63,720 bases of DNA, filler included, from Octopus bimaculoides (GCF_001194135.2; 8 parts of 8 records of this genome joined end to end with filler, not necessarily neighbours in it), one strand, 5' to 3'. Counted from the first letter of the whole stretch, positions 27,023-40,451 are shown. Made by a program: numbers and translations. Notes: generated by a model not told the origin, from the letters alone.

Positions 27023-28515
27023 GATGTAAAAAATTGACAGATTTTTTACATCATTGGAATCTATCGTTAGCATTTCAATATGATAAACATTCAGCACTTA
27101 AGCTATATTGTCTTATTAGTTAAACAATTGAAGGGTCAAGATGGAAACTATTTTTCGACTGTATTTAGATCATCAAATAAACTCAATTCGCTCTTATTAT
27201 GAGACAGATACAAGCATGATATGTCAGAAAGTCTCTCATATTTTATACAGCCACTGATATGACGCTAATAAAGTTAGACAGGTGATAACGTTGACTTCGT
27301 GTAGCTAATATTTACTGTTTTTTAGTTACACTCATAGTTTGGAACAATGCACATTGTATGTTTGCTGTTGAGACATTTGTTGATCTGTAAAATGAGAACG
27401 GTTTTATATTTTTCTACACCCTGTAGATAAACAGGCAACTTGAGTAGAACGTTAGTGCAAATCTATTAAAAAAAATTAACAAGAAATATATGTGGTGACA
27501 CCGATAGTTAGTCAGATAAGTAGCTAAATTAATGTTCACATATTTAATATATGCAACACTGAAATAATAACTAAATCAAATATGCGATGAGATATATTGG
27601 TAGAAAAACAGGTAAGTTTGTATTAATATATTCAAGAGACAAAGCATTAAAGAGACTATCGCAAGTTTTTTAAATATTTTTTATGAGAAAGAGCTAAAGA
27701 GATGCACATATATCAGACTCACACTCTCGTTCTCACACAATATGTTCAGTGGCAAGATAAATCCAAGACAACTAAAGCTTAAAATACCACCTAACCTGTC
27801 CAGGCCATAAAACCTCATTCTAGATGTTTTCCCTGCAACACGGCTTCTACTTCAGCGTGTCGGTAAGTTGCCAACTGCACCAGTTACTCCCAACTGGCCT
27901 GCTGCCATCAGCTTTGAAGTTGTGGAGACGAAGGTTATTTCTTCTATGCTTTATTTGAATGAAATGGGAACATGTCACACATATTTAATGCACACGTTTT
28001 ATGTACACATTGTTGGATGGTCATTGACTTCACTACGTGCATCTGTCCATTGCCACGTGTTGCTTTTTTATTCTGCAAGGTGTCCAATATCACCCTCCTC
28101 TACAAAAAAACCTTGGTGGAGTCCTCAGTTTACCCACCGCCATCACATCTATATATCACTTTCTATTGGGTTATGTTACCGGTTGCTCTCATCAGCGACC
28201 GGACAATAATACACACACACACACACACACACACAAATACACACCCACACACAAACACACACCCACACACACACACATACACATACAAGCACGCACACAC
28301 ACACGCACGCACGCACAAAGATAGATAGGTAGTGTTATGTCTCAGCGCTACTGCTATCTAGCACCTTCGGATGATCTCTACTCAACCGCTACACAACTGC
28401 TACTCGACTGCTACTCAATACACCTACCACGGCCAGATTACCTCTATTTATATGTCTTGGGAGATCCTACTTCTTTGCCTGGGGGCGTCGACACAACAGA
28501 TAGATAGATGGATAA

Positions 28516-28572
<57 letters not shown>

Positions 28573-29328
28573 GGAGTCTCCCATCGATGGATACGAGTCT
28601 ATGTATGATGGTTCAATAGCCAGTTGTTATACTACCCACATAGATGATTCGTTTTCAGTGATGAAGGCCTGTACAAGACCAGCCGTTTTCGAGAGGAAAT
28701 GTTGATAGCAGGCAGTTGGTGCAAATGTTTGCTGAAAACTCAATGAACAGTATATTTCAGGCTAAAGTTCTCGCGCAAACATATATACGAGTATATATAT
28801 CACGTGACTGGATTGTCGTTTGCTCTCCTGAATTCACCCGCCCTTTGGCAAGTCTTGTTTTTCAGCCTGCAGGATAATCCAAATGTTCATCATACTCACC
28901 AGGCAAGTTTGGTGGTGTAGCCGGTTTTGACACCCACAACCGGACTATGCAATAGGTTGCACTGGTTTCCATGTTACTTGTAGCATACAACAGCAACCTG
29001 ACCATAAATGTATACATGCACGAACGTACTGATGTATGCTTCTTAAAGCTAGAACTCCTCAGCTGCAAGCGTAGTCACGAAGGCATCTCTGTCTACCAAT
29101 GTGATAAGCAGCGTGATCTCTGTCGCATCTTGTGTAACTGAGTGTGTGAGTCGGACAGTGAAGTGGGTTTAGGAAGTGGTTTCCTTCGGTCACCAGTCGC
29201 CTTCCACTATATACAGCTCGCTATACATTCACCGAAAGCTAAATATCATAGATACGGTACCAATTGCATATGCGGTGCTCCAGTAACCTTTGAGCTGAAA
29301 CTAACAAGAGAATACAAGATACAAGTGC

Positions 29329-29359
<31 letters not shown>

Positions 29360-30255
29360 NNNNNNNNNNNNNNNNNNNNNNNNNNNNNNNNNNNNNNNNN
29401 NNNNNNNNNNNNNNNNNNNNNNNNNNNNNNNNNNNNNNNNNNNNNNNNNNNNNNNNNNNNNNNNNNNNNNNNNNNNNNNNNNNNNNNNNNNNNNNNNNNN
29501 NNNNNNNNNNNNNNNNNNNNNNNNNNNNNNNNNNNNNNNNNNNNNNNNNNNNNNNNNNNNNNNNNNNNNNNNNNNNNNNNNNNNNNNNNNNNNNNNNNNN
29601 NNNNNNNNNNNNNNNNNNNNNNNNNNNNNNNNNNNNNNNNNNNNNNNNNNNNNNNNNNNNNNNNNNNNNNNNNNNNNNNNNNTGTGTGTGTGTTCACTAT
29701 TTATATATATTTATATTTATATATATGTTTACTATATATATATATTTGGAAATGGATACGTGGCGTTCAATCAAATAATAATATAAATAATATATATGCA
29801 TATATACATATATGCACATACATACCGATATATGTATATAGGTATACATATATGGGTACAGGACTTCATAAAACGTAAATAACATGAAATACTAGAATAA
29901 TCTTAAGTTGTCATCGGTTGTCAGCTGTCCTAGTACTCCTTATTTCGAGCAATGAACGACAATTTAAGACTTTGAAGGCAGTTGCTCCCTCGAACCAAAA
30001 TAAAATTTGGGATTTGCGGAGGGTCAAAGTTGGTAACAAAAACAGGGCATACAACATGACAAACGAAACGAACAAACACACACACATTTTACAACGTATT
30101 ATGCACAATATTTTATGCTTGGATTCTGCGTCGTCAGCGAAAATAGATTTTACATATCTATATTTTTGCAAGCATGGAGCCTAGAAAATTGATATACATG
30201 TATGTATGTGTATATCTGTGCACATTCATGTGTATACACACACATACACACACAA

Positions 30256-30296
<41 letters not shown>

Positions 30297-31642
30297 CACA
30301 CACATACATACACAGATACATGCATATATTTACATATACTTTATGTATATACATACATATATGCTTACAACCATATGTATACATACGTATACGTACATAC
30401 ATAGTCATAAATATATGTATATATGTGCGCGCGCAAGCACACATACATACACATGCATTTCTGTGTGTGCGTGTATGTATGTGCGCGTGTGAATGCGTGA
30501 GTATGTGCGTGCGTGCGCGTGTGTGTGTGTGTGTGTGTTTGTGTGTGTGTGTGCGTGTGCGAGTGTGTGTGCGTGTGTCTTTATGAATGTGTATAAATTT
30601 TTCTCTCCATACGAATTTTACTATCATCATAGAGAAGCCTGAAAATCTGTGTATATGTGCGTCCGTGTGTGCTTTTGTATGTTTGTGTGTGGGGATGTTT
30701 GGATATGAGTTTGTGCTTGTGTGTGTGTGTGTGTGTGTGTGTGTNNNNNNNNNNNNNNNNNNNNNNNNNNNNNNNNNNNNNNNNNNNNNNNNNNNNNNNN
30801 NNNNNNNNNNNNNNNNNNNNNNNNNNNNNNNNNNNNNNNNNNNNNNNNNNNNNNNNNNNNNNNNNNNNNNNNNNNNNNNNNNNNNNNNNNNNNNNNNNNN
30901 NNNNNNNNNNNNNNNNNNNNNNNNNNNNNNNNNNNNNNNNNNNNNNNNNNNNNNNNNNNNNNNNNNNNNNNNNNNNNNNNNNNNNNNNNNNNNNNNNNNN
31001 NNNNNNNNNNNNNNNNNNNNNNNNNNNNNNNNNNNNNNNNNNNNNNNNNNNNNNNNNNNNNNNNNNNNNNNNNNNNNNNNNNNNNNNNNNNNNNNNNNNN
31101 NNNNNNNNNNNNNNNNNNNNNNNNNNNNNNNNNNNNNNNNNNNNNNNNNNNNNNNNNNNNNNNNNNNNNNNNNNNNNNNNNNNNNNNNNNNNNNNNNNNN
31201 NNNNNNNNNNNNNNNNNNNNNNNNNNNNNNNNNNNNNNNNNNNNNNNNNNNNNNNNNNNNNNNNNNNNNNNNNNNNNNNNNNNNNNNNNNNNNNNNNNNN
31301 NNNNNNNNNNNNNNNNNNNNNNNNNNNNNNNNNNNNNNNNNNNNNNNNNNNNNNNNNNNNNNNNNNNNNNNNATATATATATATATATATATATACATGT
31401 ACATATACATATGTATGCATATATCGAGGGTATGAGAGGTATTGGTGGCAAGAAGATCCAAAAGGTGTCGGGTAACGCTTAGTAAGTGCTATGTATAGAC
31501 CATGGTTAAGCTCCAGGTTCGATAATGTTACGAGTGAGGAGTCCAACGTGGGTCATGTAGTAACATGCATATATATGAATTGACAGAATGAGAAGAAAAA
31601 TTCAAGGCTGCAAATAGTTTTCAGAACATTTATAAAGGAAAA

Positions 31643-31690
31643 GTCATACGGCTGTTTCCGGGATATTTTATACATCCCTTCATCAGAGAC
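31643..31690 (-). ncRNA. Minimal hammerhead ribozyme, same family as 44139
   Basis: Minus strand reads gtct-CTGATGA-AGGGAT(gtataaaat)ATCCCG-GAAAC-AGCC-GTA-tgac. The flanks also resemble the 44130 copy. Confidence 0.75.
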
Positions 31691-31794
31691 GGTATTGGGC
31701 AAAATCTTATCAGAGGAGAAGAAAAGGCATACTTTTCGGTTATTAGATGCTATACAGTATAACATCTAATAACCTAACGGTATGTCTTTTCTAC

Positions 31795-31877
31795 TCCTCT
31801 AATGAGATTTTGCGCAATATAATGTTTTTAATTACTGGAATTTAATTATTTGAGCAAGATCGAAACAGCTGTAAGAG
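31795..31877 (+). ncRNA. Minimal hammerhead ribozyme with long stem II loop, core mutated
   Basis: cct-CTAATGA-GATTTTGC...GCAAGATC-GAAAC-AGCT-GTA-AGAG. Stem II is 8 bp with one G-U wobble, and G5 of the core has changed to A. Confidence 0.65.
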
Positions 31878-32336
31878 AATACGTTGAATTTTTGTAGTTA
31901 ATAAATTATATTACTGCTACATCTCTATTTTCTGAATTTTAATTTGAATATCTATAAGCTAAGATTTATACTTAAACCTTCTAAATATGTATATATTTAA
32001 AGAATGAATATTTATTTACACATTTAAGTAAGACCCTGATACTTAATTCATTTATATACTTATATATTGTTGTTGTATGTTATTAATAGCCAAAGATTGT
32101 CTTCGACCTAAACGAATTTGGATTGATATTATTTAAGATATATGGAAATATATTTCGATAGTTGTAGATTCTATTTACTTAATCATTTTGTCCGTAATAA
32201 TCTTGTTTTTTGTTTTGTTAATTGTACTTGTTATGTAGCTGAAAAGTTAACGCTCGCGCTTCTAAACAGTTATTTGAATCAATTTTTTTGCAATTTGGCC
32301 GTCCTTTCACACGGAATTTCGCCTTTCTTTTGGACC

Positions 32337-32420
32337 AAAACCCTGAAGAGACTTATAAACATGGATATGAATTGTTTATAAATCAAATAATCTATATAAG
32401 TCGAAACAAATTGTTGGCTT
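32337..32420 (+). ncRNA. Minimal hammerhead ribozyme
   Basis: aaaacc-CTGAAGA-GACTTATA...TATAAGTC-GAAAC-AAATT-GTT-ggctttt. The core is intact, stem II is a perfect 8 bp, and the triplet is GUU. Confidence 0.78.
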
Positions 32421-33635
32421 TTTTGGTTTTTTAATACTTTTTATGTTATTATATATTATATTATATTCATAATATATTATGTTATATTATAATATAAGTA
32501 AATTGTTAGATTGTCAATTGAGTCTCTCTATTTAATTTATAGTTTGTAATTTGTATTATACCCCTGTTTCTGTGGTATTCAACTGACGTACCAGTGAATT
32601 GGATGCCTTACACACCCTTTTGAAGAAATTTCTTTCCCTAGTTACTTTTTATATATGCATGTACGTATAGTAAAACACTTACATGAATTTCATACTGTTG
32701 TAGTGAAAATGGTACTCCCCTTCCCACGTGATAAAATGGTATGGGGTAGCCACATAAAGTCAGACAGTCAGTCGATGTAGGAAGGTCAGTAGTAGTAGAG
32801 TCGTTGTACAAGTTCTTAGTTGGAGTCAAGTGTCAGTTGCGTGATATATACGAGTTCGAGCTACAGTCCAGGTAGACGTTTCAAAGCCACTGTATTGCGG
32901 AGCTATCAACGATAGCACGATAGACAAGTCAAAGATAATAAGACGTGGAATACCGCCACAACATAATAGTGGCGACAAGAATATTACAGTGCTGACAATA
33001 ACATACAAGCGGATGAAGATCTTACATTATAACACATACATTATTACATATGTTTATACTTACATGTATGTATGTATATATANNNNNNNNNNNNNNNNNN
33101 NNNNATATATATATATATATATATATAGTCAACAGGTGAGATCCAGAGATTCTCGGTATTGAAAACACTTAGTAGCGCTCAAACGATTCGAACTTAGACT
33201 CCAATGTCTTTACGAGAGACCAATTCTGTGGGGTAAAGAGTGGATATAAGGGGAATCCAGGTAAAGAGATATGGAGGTAATTATACAGATAAACAAATTA
33301 AATATAACTGCTTAGGTTTGACTAACAAAATATATATGTGTATACATGCAAACAGAAAGAAAGCAAAGATTGAAGATTTTCAGACGATGAATATTTAAGT
33401 ATAGATATAAAGATATCTATATATTAATAGATCAAATTCACCCAGAGTAAAAACGACAGAGAAAATTAAAGGGGAAGAGGTAAGGCGTTATAAGTCCAAC
33501 AACTGTTTCTGGAGGCTTAGAGACCTACTATAGTGTTGGTAGATATAGTTCAGACAAAAATGCACTCACACGCAGAAAAAAATAAATAAATAAAAATTTT
33601 GTGTTAAGAAGATATATTTGTATACAGCCAGTTTT

Positions 33636-34568
33636 AAACCATAGGCCAAATGTTGGGGGTGATGTGATCATACAAATTGTCGGCCATCCATTCTTGTGTC
33701 ATTTGAGCCTTGTGTGATGGTGCAGAATCCTGTTGAAAGACATAAGGCATTTCATTGCATACACTGTTGATCCAAGGCCTAACAACTTTAACCAGAACCT
33801 CAATATACGCAGCCGCATTCACCATAAGACCTTGTGAGAAAAAGTGAGGAGGCATCACATGTCCTTCATTGCTAACAACACCCAAAACCATGACACTTGC
33901 AGGAAATTTTGTGTGCATTACTCTTGGAACCTCAGAAGGGTCTGCACATAGCCATCTGTCATTCCTTCTGTTAGTTTTCTGGTAATGGTCAAAGTTTTTC
34001 TCAGCTAAGAAAAACCAATTCACACCATCTTTTGATCGATTTTTAAGTTTGCTCAAAAGTCTTTTGGATCTGATTAAACGGTTTTCTTTTGTTTTTTTTC
34101 TGACAGGAATTGACCTCTCCTCATCACGTAAGATTTGTATCAGATGTCATCATGCACAATATTTCTGATTTTTTTTCTGACACACGAAATTTTTTTGCAA
34201 TTGACCTCATTGAATTTCCTGGATTGTCATCAATGTTTTGCTTAACTTCCTGAATAAATTCAGGTGTCTTGAAAGAATCAGAGCGTTTGGAATGTTTTTT
34301 GCGTTTCCATACAAGTAATACACTTCCATCTTCTTTCTCTAACTCACACCAAATCTTGTGGACAAAAGATCTTGCAACTTTCAGAAAACGAGAAATTTTT
34401 AAATCACCATGCTTAGCCCTCAAAGCCCCAATCATAGTATGCCTTTTCATTTCATTAGTAAGCAGAGGGCCTGTCATGGTTATTTTCTGAAATAGAAGTT
34501 CAATGAAAATTAGTCAAATAAAATAATGACTAAAAATGCATGTGTCCTCAAATACCGACCGCACCCTG
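33636..34568 (-). mobile_element. maT (Bmmar1-like, D37D-type) Tc1/mariner transposon, 3'-truncated
   Basis: Terminal cagggtgcggtcggtatttgaggacaca next to TA at 34569. The ORF pieces read NRRNDRW...HTKFPASVMVLGVVSNEG...YVFQQDSAPSH...IWP. Confidence 0.85.
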
Positions 34569-34616
34569 TATATACAAGTGTGTGTTCATGTGTATGTGTG
34601 TGTGTATATATATATA

Positions 34617-34691
<75 letters not shown>

Positions 34692-35358
34692 CTTCTCTCT
34701 CCCTTTCTATCTGATCTATCTCTTCATTTTTTACTCTGCCAGCGGCAGACAGTTAACTTGTCATCAATGACAACATTACGTGAGCTTCTCGTCAACCTGG
34801 TAGCAGCTTACTACATGAGATTCTCTATTGAAACCCGTAGCAGATGCGATAAACTTCGTAACAGTTGAATAATATCTGCAATGTGTATAAATCATCTTGC
34901 GTCAATCTCTTTCAATAGATCAAGAAATTATTAGCTATGCAACATGCAAACATCTCCTCTGCCTGAATCCACCAAGTTACAGTTATACCGTCGCTGTGTA
35001 GTAAAAAGTTTACTACCAACCACATGGTTCCGGGTTCAGTCCCCACTATATATATATAGTGAGAATTTACAAACAAACAAAAGACGAAGACGTGTGTGTA
35101 AGCAACAAACAGATGTATTAGATTAACGCTCGGGAAGTGAGAAAGTTTAATAGAATTTAATATGTACTCAATGCATGAAGTGTCATTGTTGGGCCCAAGG
35201 CCCACAGAAGAGCACCCCGCATGAGCTAGCTTAAAAGCAGGTATGTATGAATGTATANNNNNNNNNNNNNNNNNNNNNNNNNNNNNNNNNNNNNNNNNNN
35301 NTTAATTAATTAANNNNNNNNNNNNNNNNNNNNNNNNNNNNNNNNNNNNNNNNNNNNG

Positions 35359-35600
35359 GAGCCATTCCAATTGACTTCATAGCAGTCCTTATGCCATCCT
35401 TAAACCCTTTTTTAGGTTTATGCCAATAACGTTTCCCCTCTGCAAGCTCACCATAAAACAGCTGTTTCAGCATGCGTTCATCTGCCATTCGAACAATATG
35501 GCCACACCATCTCAATTGGTTCCTCAAAATCATGGCTTTAATTGAGGGGATGCCTGCAAATGCAAGGATATCTGTGTTTGGAGTAAAAGAATTCCATTTA
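35359..35600 (-). pseudogene. RTE LINE post-RT C-terminal fragment
   Basis: QLRWCGHIVRMADERMLKQLFYGEL..GKR...PKKGFKD is the RTE C-terminal signature. Confidence 0.85.
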
Positions 35601-35679
35601 ATTCTTAAAATATATATATATATAAGTAAATAAATGGAGTTGAATGCAGATGTTATTCAAATTCTTTTACTTTCAACAT

Positions 35680-36609
35680 AGTATATTACTTTGCTTCCAC
35701 CTACATCTACTGACTCTTACTAACTGAGACTATAGTCGCAACCTACACTATTCCTTTTGGTACTACCCTTAACGTATCTCTGCCAATTAAGATCAATTAT
35801 CACATTGGAGACTATGAAATGCACTCACAAGGTTTTGTCAATCCAGGGTTAAAGGAGAGGACAGTTGCTTAAAGAAGGCAAATTTTTAAAAAAATTAAGA
35901 TTTATAATTAGAATTCAAGATTAAAATGTAGGTCAAGTGAAAGGGATGTAAATGAATATGGAGCAATATATAGGCAGAGAAGTGTTGAAATTAGACAGGA
36001 AGGAAAAATGTGGGGTATGAAGTTATGCACTCTTAAGTTAATGAAAATGAAGTGTTAAAAATGACTAAACAAGTACAGTATGAGCATGTAAGTTTAAGTA
36101 ACTGGATGATAATGACTGTACAAGGTTGAAAAGGGAGTAATTCTTGCAAGTTGTAACAAATTATGGGTAATTAAAAAATTATGTTATTAAAAAATTAAAT
36201 TATTGCAATTAAATGGTGATTGGAGTAAATCAGGCAACTGAAATTTATGTTGGTGGTTGGGGTGATGACAAAATAATTGGGAAGATGGATAAAGAATGGT
36301 AGAGAAAATAATGGAAATTAGAATGGAGTATGAATATGAAGAATGAATGTGAATGTTTTATGATGTTAATAAAGGGATGCATAAAAAGACTTTCTAAAAA
36401 GTAAATCTTTAAAAATGAATTTAAGACTTTGTAAAAGGATCTTATTTAAAGATTGAAATTGTAATCTAGGTAATAAGTCTCCAGTGCAATAATTGATCTT
36501 AATTGGCAGAGATACGTTAAGGGTAGTACCAAAAGGAATAGAGTGGGTTGGGACTATAGTCAAAGTTAGTAAGGGTCAGTAGGTGTAGGTGGAAGCAAAG
36601 TAATATACT
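35680..36609. repeat. Long inverted repeat pair (~135 bp arms) around an AT/purine-rich spacer
   Basis: 35680-~35815 is the reverse complement of ~36475-36609, including an exact ttccttttggtactacccttaacgtatctctgccaattaagatcaattat block. Confidence 0.85.
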
Positions 36610-36849
36610 TAGCACACTCTTTATAAGGTCATTTACAAAATCACAGGGTAACTGTGAAATTATGCAGTTCATATATTAATCAGAACTGGTTATGGAAGTC
36701 ATGCAAGTTCACCCATTGCCTGTCACATGTATTACATGTGATGTACAGGACATTCTTCCCTGGCATCCAAGCATCATATTATACACATTCACAATATTTT
36801 TTTCTACCATCAGAGTAAGTAACATTAGTTTCAATAGTTTCAAACTACT

Positions 36850-37198
36850 GCACAAGGCCAGCAAGTTCGGGGGAAAGTTGGTTACAGTGACCCCCAGTGT
36901 TCGACTGGTACTTATTTTATTGATCCTTGAAAGGATAAAGAGCAAAGTTAACCTTGGCAGAATTAGTCATATAAATAATATTAGTTTTGAATTTTGGTAC
37001 AAGGTCAGTAATCTTGGGGCAGAAGGTAAGTTGATTACATCGACTCCAGTATCCAACTGGTACTTATTTTATCAACCCTGAAAAGATGAAAGGCAAAGTC
37101 AACCTCGGCAGAATTTGAACTCAGAATGTAAAAATGAATGAAATGTTGCTAAGCATTTTGCCCAGCATGTTAATGATTCTGCCTGTTGGTCACCTTAA
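36850..37198 (-). mobile_element. Two SINE family A copies (partial plus full), CpG-decayed
   Basis: 36850-36963 and 36993-37198 are homologous to family A, with CpG converted to TpG/CpA. Confidence 0.8.
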
Positions 37199-37599
37199 CT
37201 GAGTAATATTAAAAACCATTACCTTATACGAAAACCTATAATAATGTCAAAATGCTACCTTTAACTCTTTTCCTGTCTTGTGTATTACATGTGATACTCA
37301 AGGCATATTTCCCTGCTGCTCATGTGTCATAATTTCCTATTTTTTCAGCCACTAGACTAACTTGGGTCTTACACAAAGAAAGCTTACATCATTCAGAATG
37401 CATGAAACAAGGACTAAAAGTCTGAAAACAAGTATAGATGTTTAGAACTATCTTATGAAAATTCAATGGATAAGCAAAGAGTTAAAAAGCACTTAAAAAA
37501 ATGAGAATTTATTGGTACAATCAACATTTAATAACACAGAGGAGAAAAAACTTAGGTTTAGTAAAATACAAGTTGAACCTATCAACTAGTTGTTCACTA

Positions 37600-37800
37600 T
37601 TTTGTAAGTTTAAGGGTTTGTAGTTGAGGTACGTTTCCAAAGATCTATGTCTATAAGGCAAGATCTTTTCATTGACATCTTTGGTAAATAATATAACAAA
37701 ACTTTCCAAAGTACATAAATTGCAGGGTTTCTTATTGCTAGTAAATGATGTAAACTTTTGAAACAATACTCTAGTTGGCAGCATAGTCAATGCTCTAGTT
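37600..37800 (-). pseudogene. Possible PLE GIY-YIG C-terminal remnant
   Basis: KPCNLCTLESFVIL...VNEK..YRHR resembles the C-x-LC-x2-E...LNKR...CRHR end of some PLE ORFs. It is heavily decayed. Confidence 0.3.
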
Positions 37801-38081
37801 TCTTAAAAGCCAGATGACTTAATAAAGTGAAGTTTTATTGTTTATATTATTTTTAGCCTTTCATTTTCAAGTCTAGGTTTTTTGTAAAATCCTATATATA
37901 GACTGTTCTCTCTCTCACCTTACACACACATGCACACATGCACACAGACTTATGTATACCATCACCATTTTGTGTTTGATTTCCGTACTGGCATGGGTTG
38001 GATGGATCATCATGATTTTAGTTATTTCCTCTGGGTAGTATGCGTGAGTGTCTGTGTGTGCATATATACACAGATGCATGC

Positions 38082-38121
<40 letters not shown>

Positions 38122-38672
38122 NNNNNNNNNNNNNNNNNNNNNNNNNNNNNNNNNNNNNNNNNNNNNNNNNNNNNNNNNNNNNNNNNNNNNNNNNNNNNNN
38201 NNNNNNNNNNNNNNNNNNNNNNNNNNNNNNNNNNNNNNNNNNNNNNNNNNNNNNNNNNNNNNNNNNNNNNNNNNNNNNNNNNNNNNNNNNNNNNNNNNNN
38301 NNNNNNNNNNNNNNNNNNNNNNNNNNNNNNNNNNNNNNNNNNNNNNNNNNNNNNNNNNNNNNNNNNNNNNNNNNNNNNNNNNNNNNNNNNNNNNNNNNNN
38401 NNNNNNNNNNNNNNNNNNNNNNNNNNNNNNNNNNNNNNNNNNNNNNNNNNNNNNNNNNNNNNNNNNNNNNNNNNNNNNNNNNNNNNNNNNNNNNNNNNNN
38501 NNNNNNNNNNNNNNNNNNNNNNNNNNNNNNNNNNNNNNNNNNNNNNNNNNNNNNNNNNNNNNNNNNNNNNNNNNNNNNNNNNNNNNNNNNNNNNNNNNNN
38601 NNNNNNNNNNNNNNNNNNNNNNNNNNNNNNNNNNNNNNNNNNNNNNNNNNNNNNNNNNNNNNNNNNNNNNNN

Positions 38673-38708
<36 letters not shown>

Positions 38709-39790
38709 CATGCATATCATCGTCGTCATCATCATCATCATCATCATCATCATCTTTTAGCATCCCTTTGTCACTTCTATAATAGCTTTGAAAAAATAAC
38801 TGTTAAAATCGACCTGAACTCTTCAAAACTTACACTAAGAATAAGACGAGGTAAAATTACTACCTGCTTTTATAGCAAGTTGATGCAGATAGTTTATCCT
38901 GTCCCCCTCCAACTTCTGGTTCATGCAATCAAAAAAACTGCCTTATTTATGCAGTTGATGACCCAATATATATATATATATATATATATACTCACCACAC
39001 ACACATATATATGCACACATATATATATACATATATATATATACATATATACATAAATATATATATATATACATTATATATACATATATATATATACATA
39101 TATATATACATATATACATAAATATATATCTCCCCTTCTCTCCATTTCATTTATTTCTTCTCTCATCCTTTCTCTAATTCTTTTCCTCCCCTTCACCGTT
39201 CTCTGTCTGTCCCTCTCTCTCCCTCACTCTTCTTCCTTTGCTCTCTCATTGCTCCCACGTGACCATCAGCCATCTTTCTTTCTTTTCCTAACTTGATTTT
39301 CTTTCCTTCTGATTCAGCGGCAGGAATCAGATACATTCTTGTCTGTCTCCTGTCCAAGCTTGTTCCTCCATGTTTGCCACCTCACCTCGTTTAAGTTTAG
39401 TAGCCTTTCCTGTTTGTTTTCACTGTCCTGTTTTTTTTTACCAATTTTGACCCTCCACAAAATTCCAAGTTTTATTTAATTTGCTTTGCAGGAGCAACTG
39501 CTTTATTGAAGGTGTATCTTGTCATGAATTGCTCAAAATATGGATTAGGAAAACAGCCGACAACTGATGAAGGTCAGTCTTTATGTAGCTTGTCTTGTTT
39601 TCTATTTGTTTCTTTCATTATTCCATGTATTCGTATTTCGCATTTCATGTTGTTTACGTTCTGTGATGTTCTGTGCCCACATAAGCATATGTATATACAT
39701 ATATATTATTTATAATAATATACATATACATATATGCATGAAACCATAAGTCAGGGAAAAGATGCACTTGTATATTTGTCAGTAGAGTGG

Positions 39791-40198
39791 GTATATTATC
39801 CGAAATATGTAATATTAAATATCCATCACAGCTGATCTTACCAATTGGTTTCACATAAAGAATACAATGCAGTGTTAGGTAAAGTTATATAATCGGACTG
39901 TTACCTAACACTCCATTGTATTCTTTACAGGAAACCAATTGGTAAGATCAGCCATGATGAATATTTAATACTGTACATTTCAGGTAATATATACACATAT
40001 GTATATATCTATATATACATATATGTATATATATATATATATGTATGTATGTATGGATGTATAAACACCCCTATAATGAGCATAAAGTTAGATAATCGGA
40101 TTGTTACCTAACACTCCATTGTATTCTTTATGTGAAACTGATTGGTAAGATCAGCCATGATGAGTATTTAATATTATACATTTCGGATAATATATACA
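39791..40198. mobile_element. PLE pseudo-LTR-like repeat trio (inverted + direct + direct) carrying degenerate hammerhead motifs
   Basis: An arm of ~92 bp at 39791-39882 is inverted relative to 39901-39994 and 40104-40198. The third copy reads ATAATGA-GCATAAAG...CTTTATGT-GAAAC-TGATTG-GTA-AGATC. The second has GAAAC-CAATTG-GTA. Confidence 0.6.
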
Positions 40199-40211
40199 TA
40201 TATATACACAC

Positions 40212-40255
<44 letters not shown>

Positions 40256-40257
<2 letters not shown>

Positions 40258-40451
40258 TCATCATCATCATCATCGTTTAACGTCCGCTTTCCATGCTAGC
40301 ATGGGTTGGACGATTTGACTGAGGACTGGTGAAACCGGATGGCAACACCAGGCTCCAGTCTGATTTGGCAGAGTTTCTACAGCTGGATGCCCTTCCTAAC
40401 GCCAACCACTCAGAGAGTGTAGTGGGTGCTTTTACGTGTCACCCGCACGAA
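40256..40451 (-). mobile_element. RTE-type 3' tail element ending in (TGA)n, young copy 1
   Basis: Minus strand ends ...GGAAGGGCATCCAGCTGTAGAAA...GGACGTTAAACGATGATGA. There is one mismatch in ~190 bp versus the copy at 46924. Confidence 0.75.

Noticed and set aside
28150-28190. Minus-strand CTGATGA...GAAAG
   Set aside because: The sequences next to the core do not pair as stem II.
31600-31770. Stop-free frames (e.g. NSFQNIYKGKVIRLFPGYFIHPF...) considered as an exon or GIY-YIG end
   Set aside because: Better explained as the antisense of the minus-strand hammerhead/pLTR; no recognisable motif.
39564-39600. CTGATGAAGG in the dispersed repeat family
   Set aside because: No downstream GAAA or stem II partner, and the homologous copy reads ctggtgaagg.
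40319-40335. CTGAGGA-ctggt-GAAAC hammerhead-like core (also ~46996)
   Set aside because: Only 5 nt with no stem II, and no stem I/III pairing; a chance match within the RTE tail.
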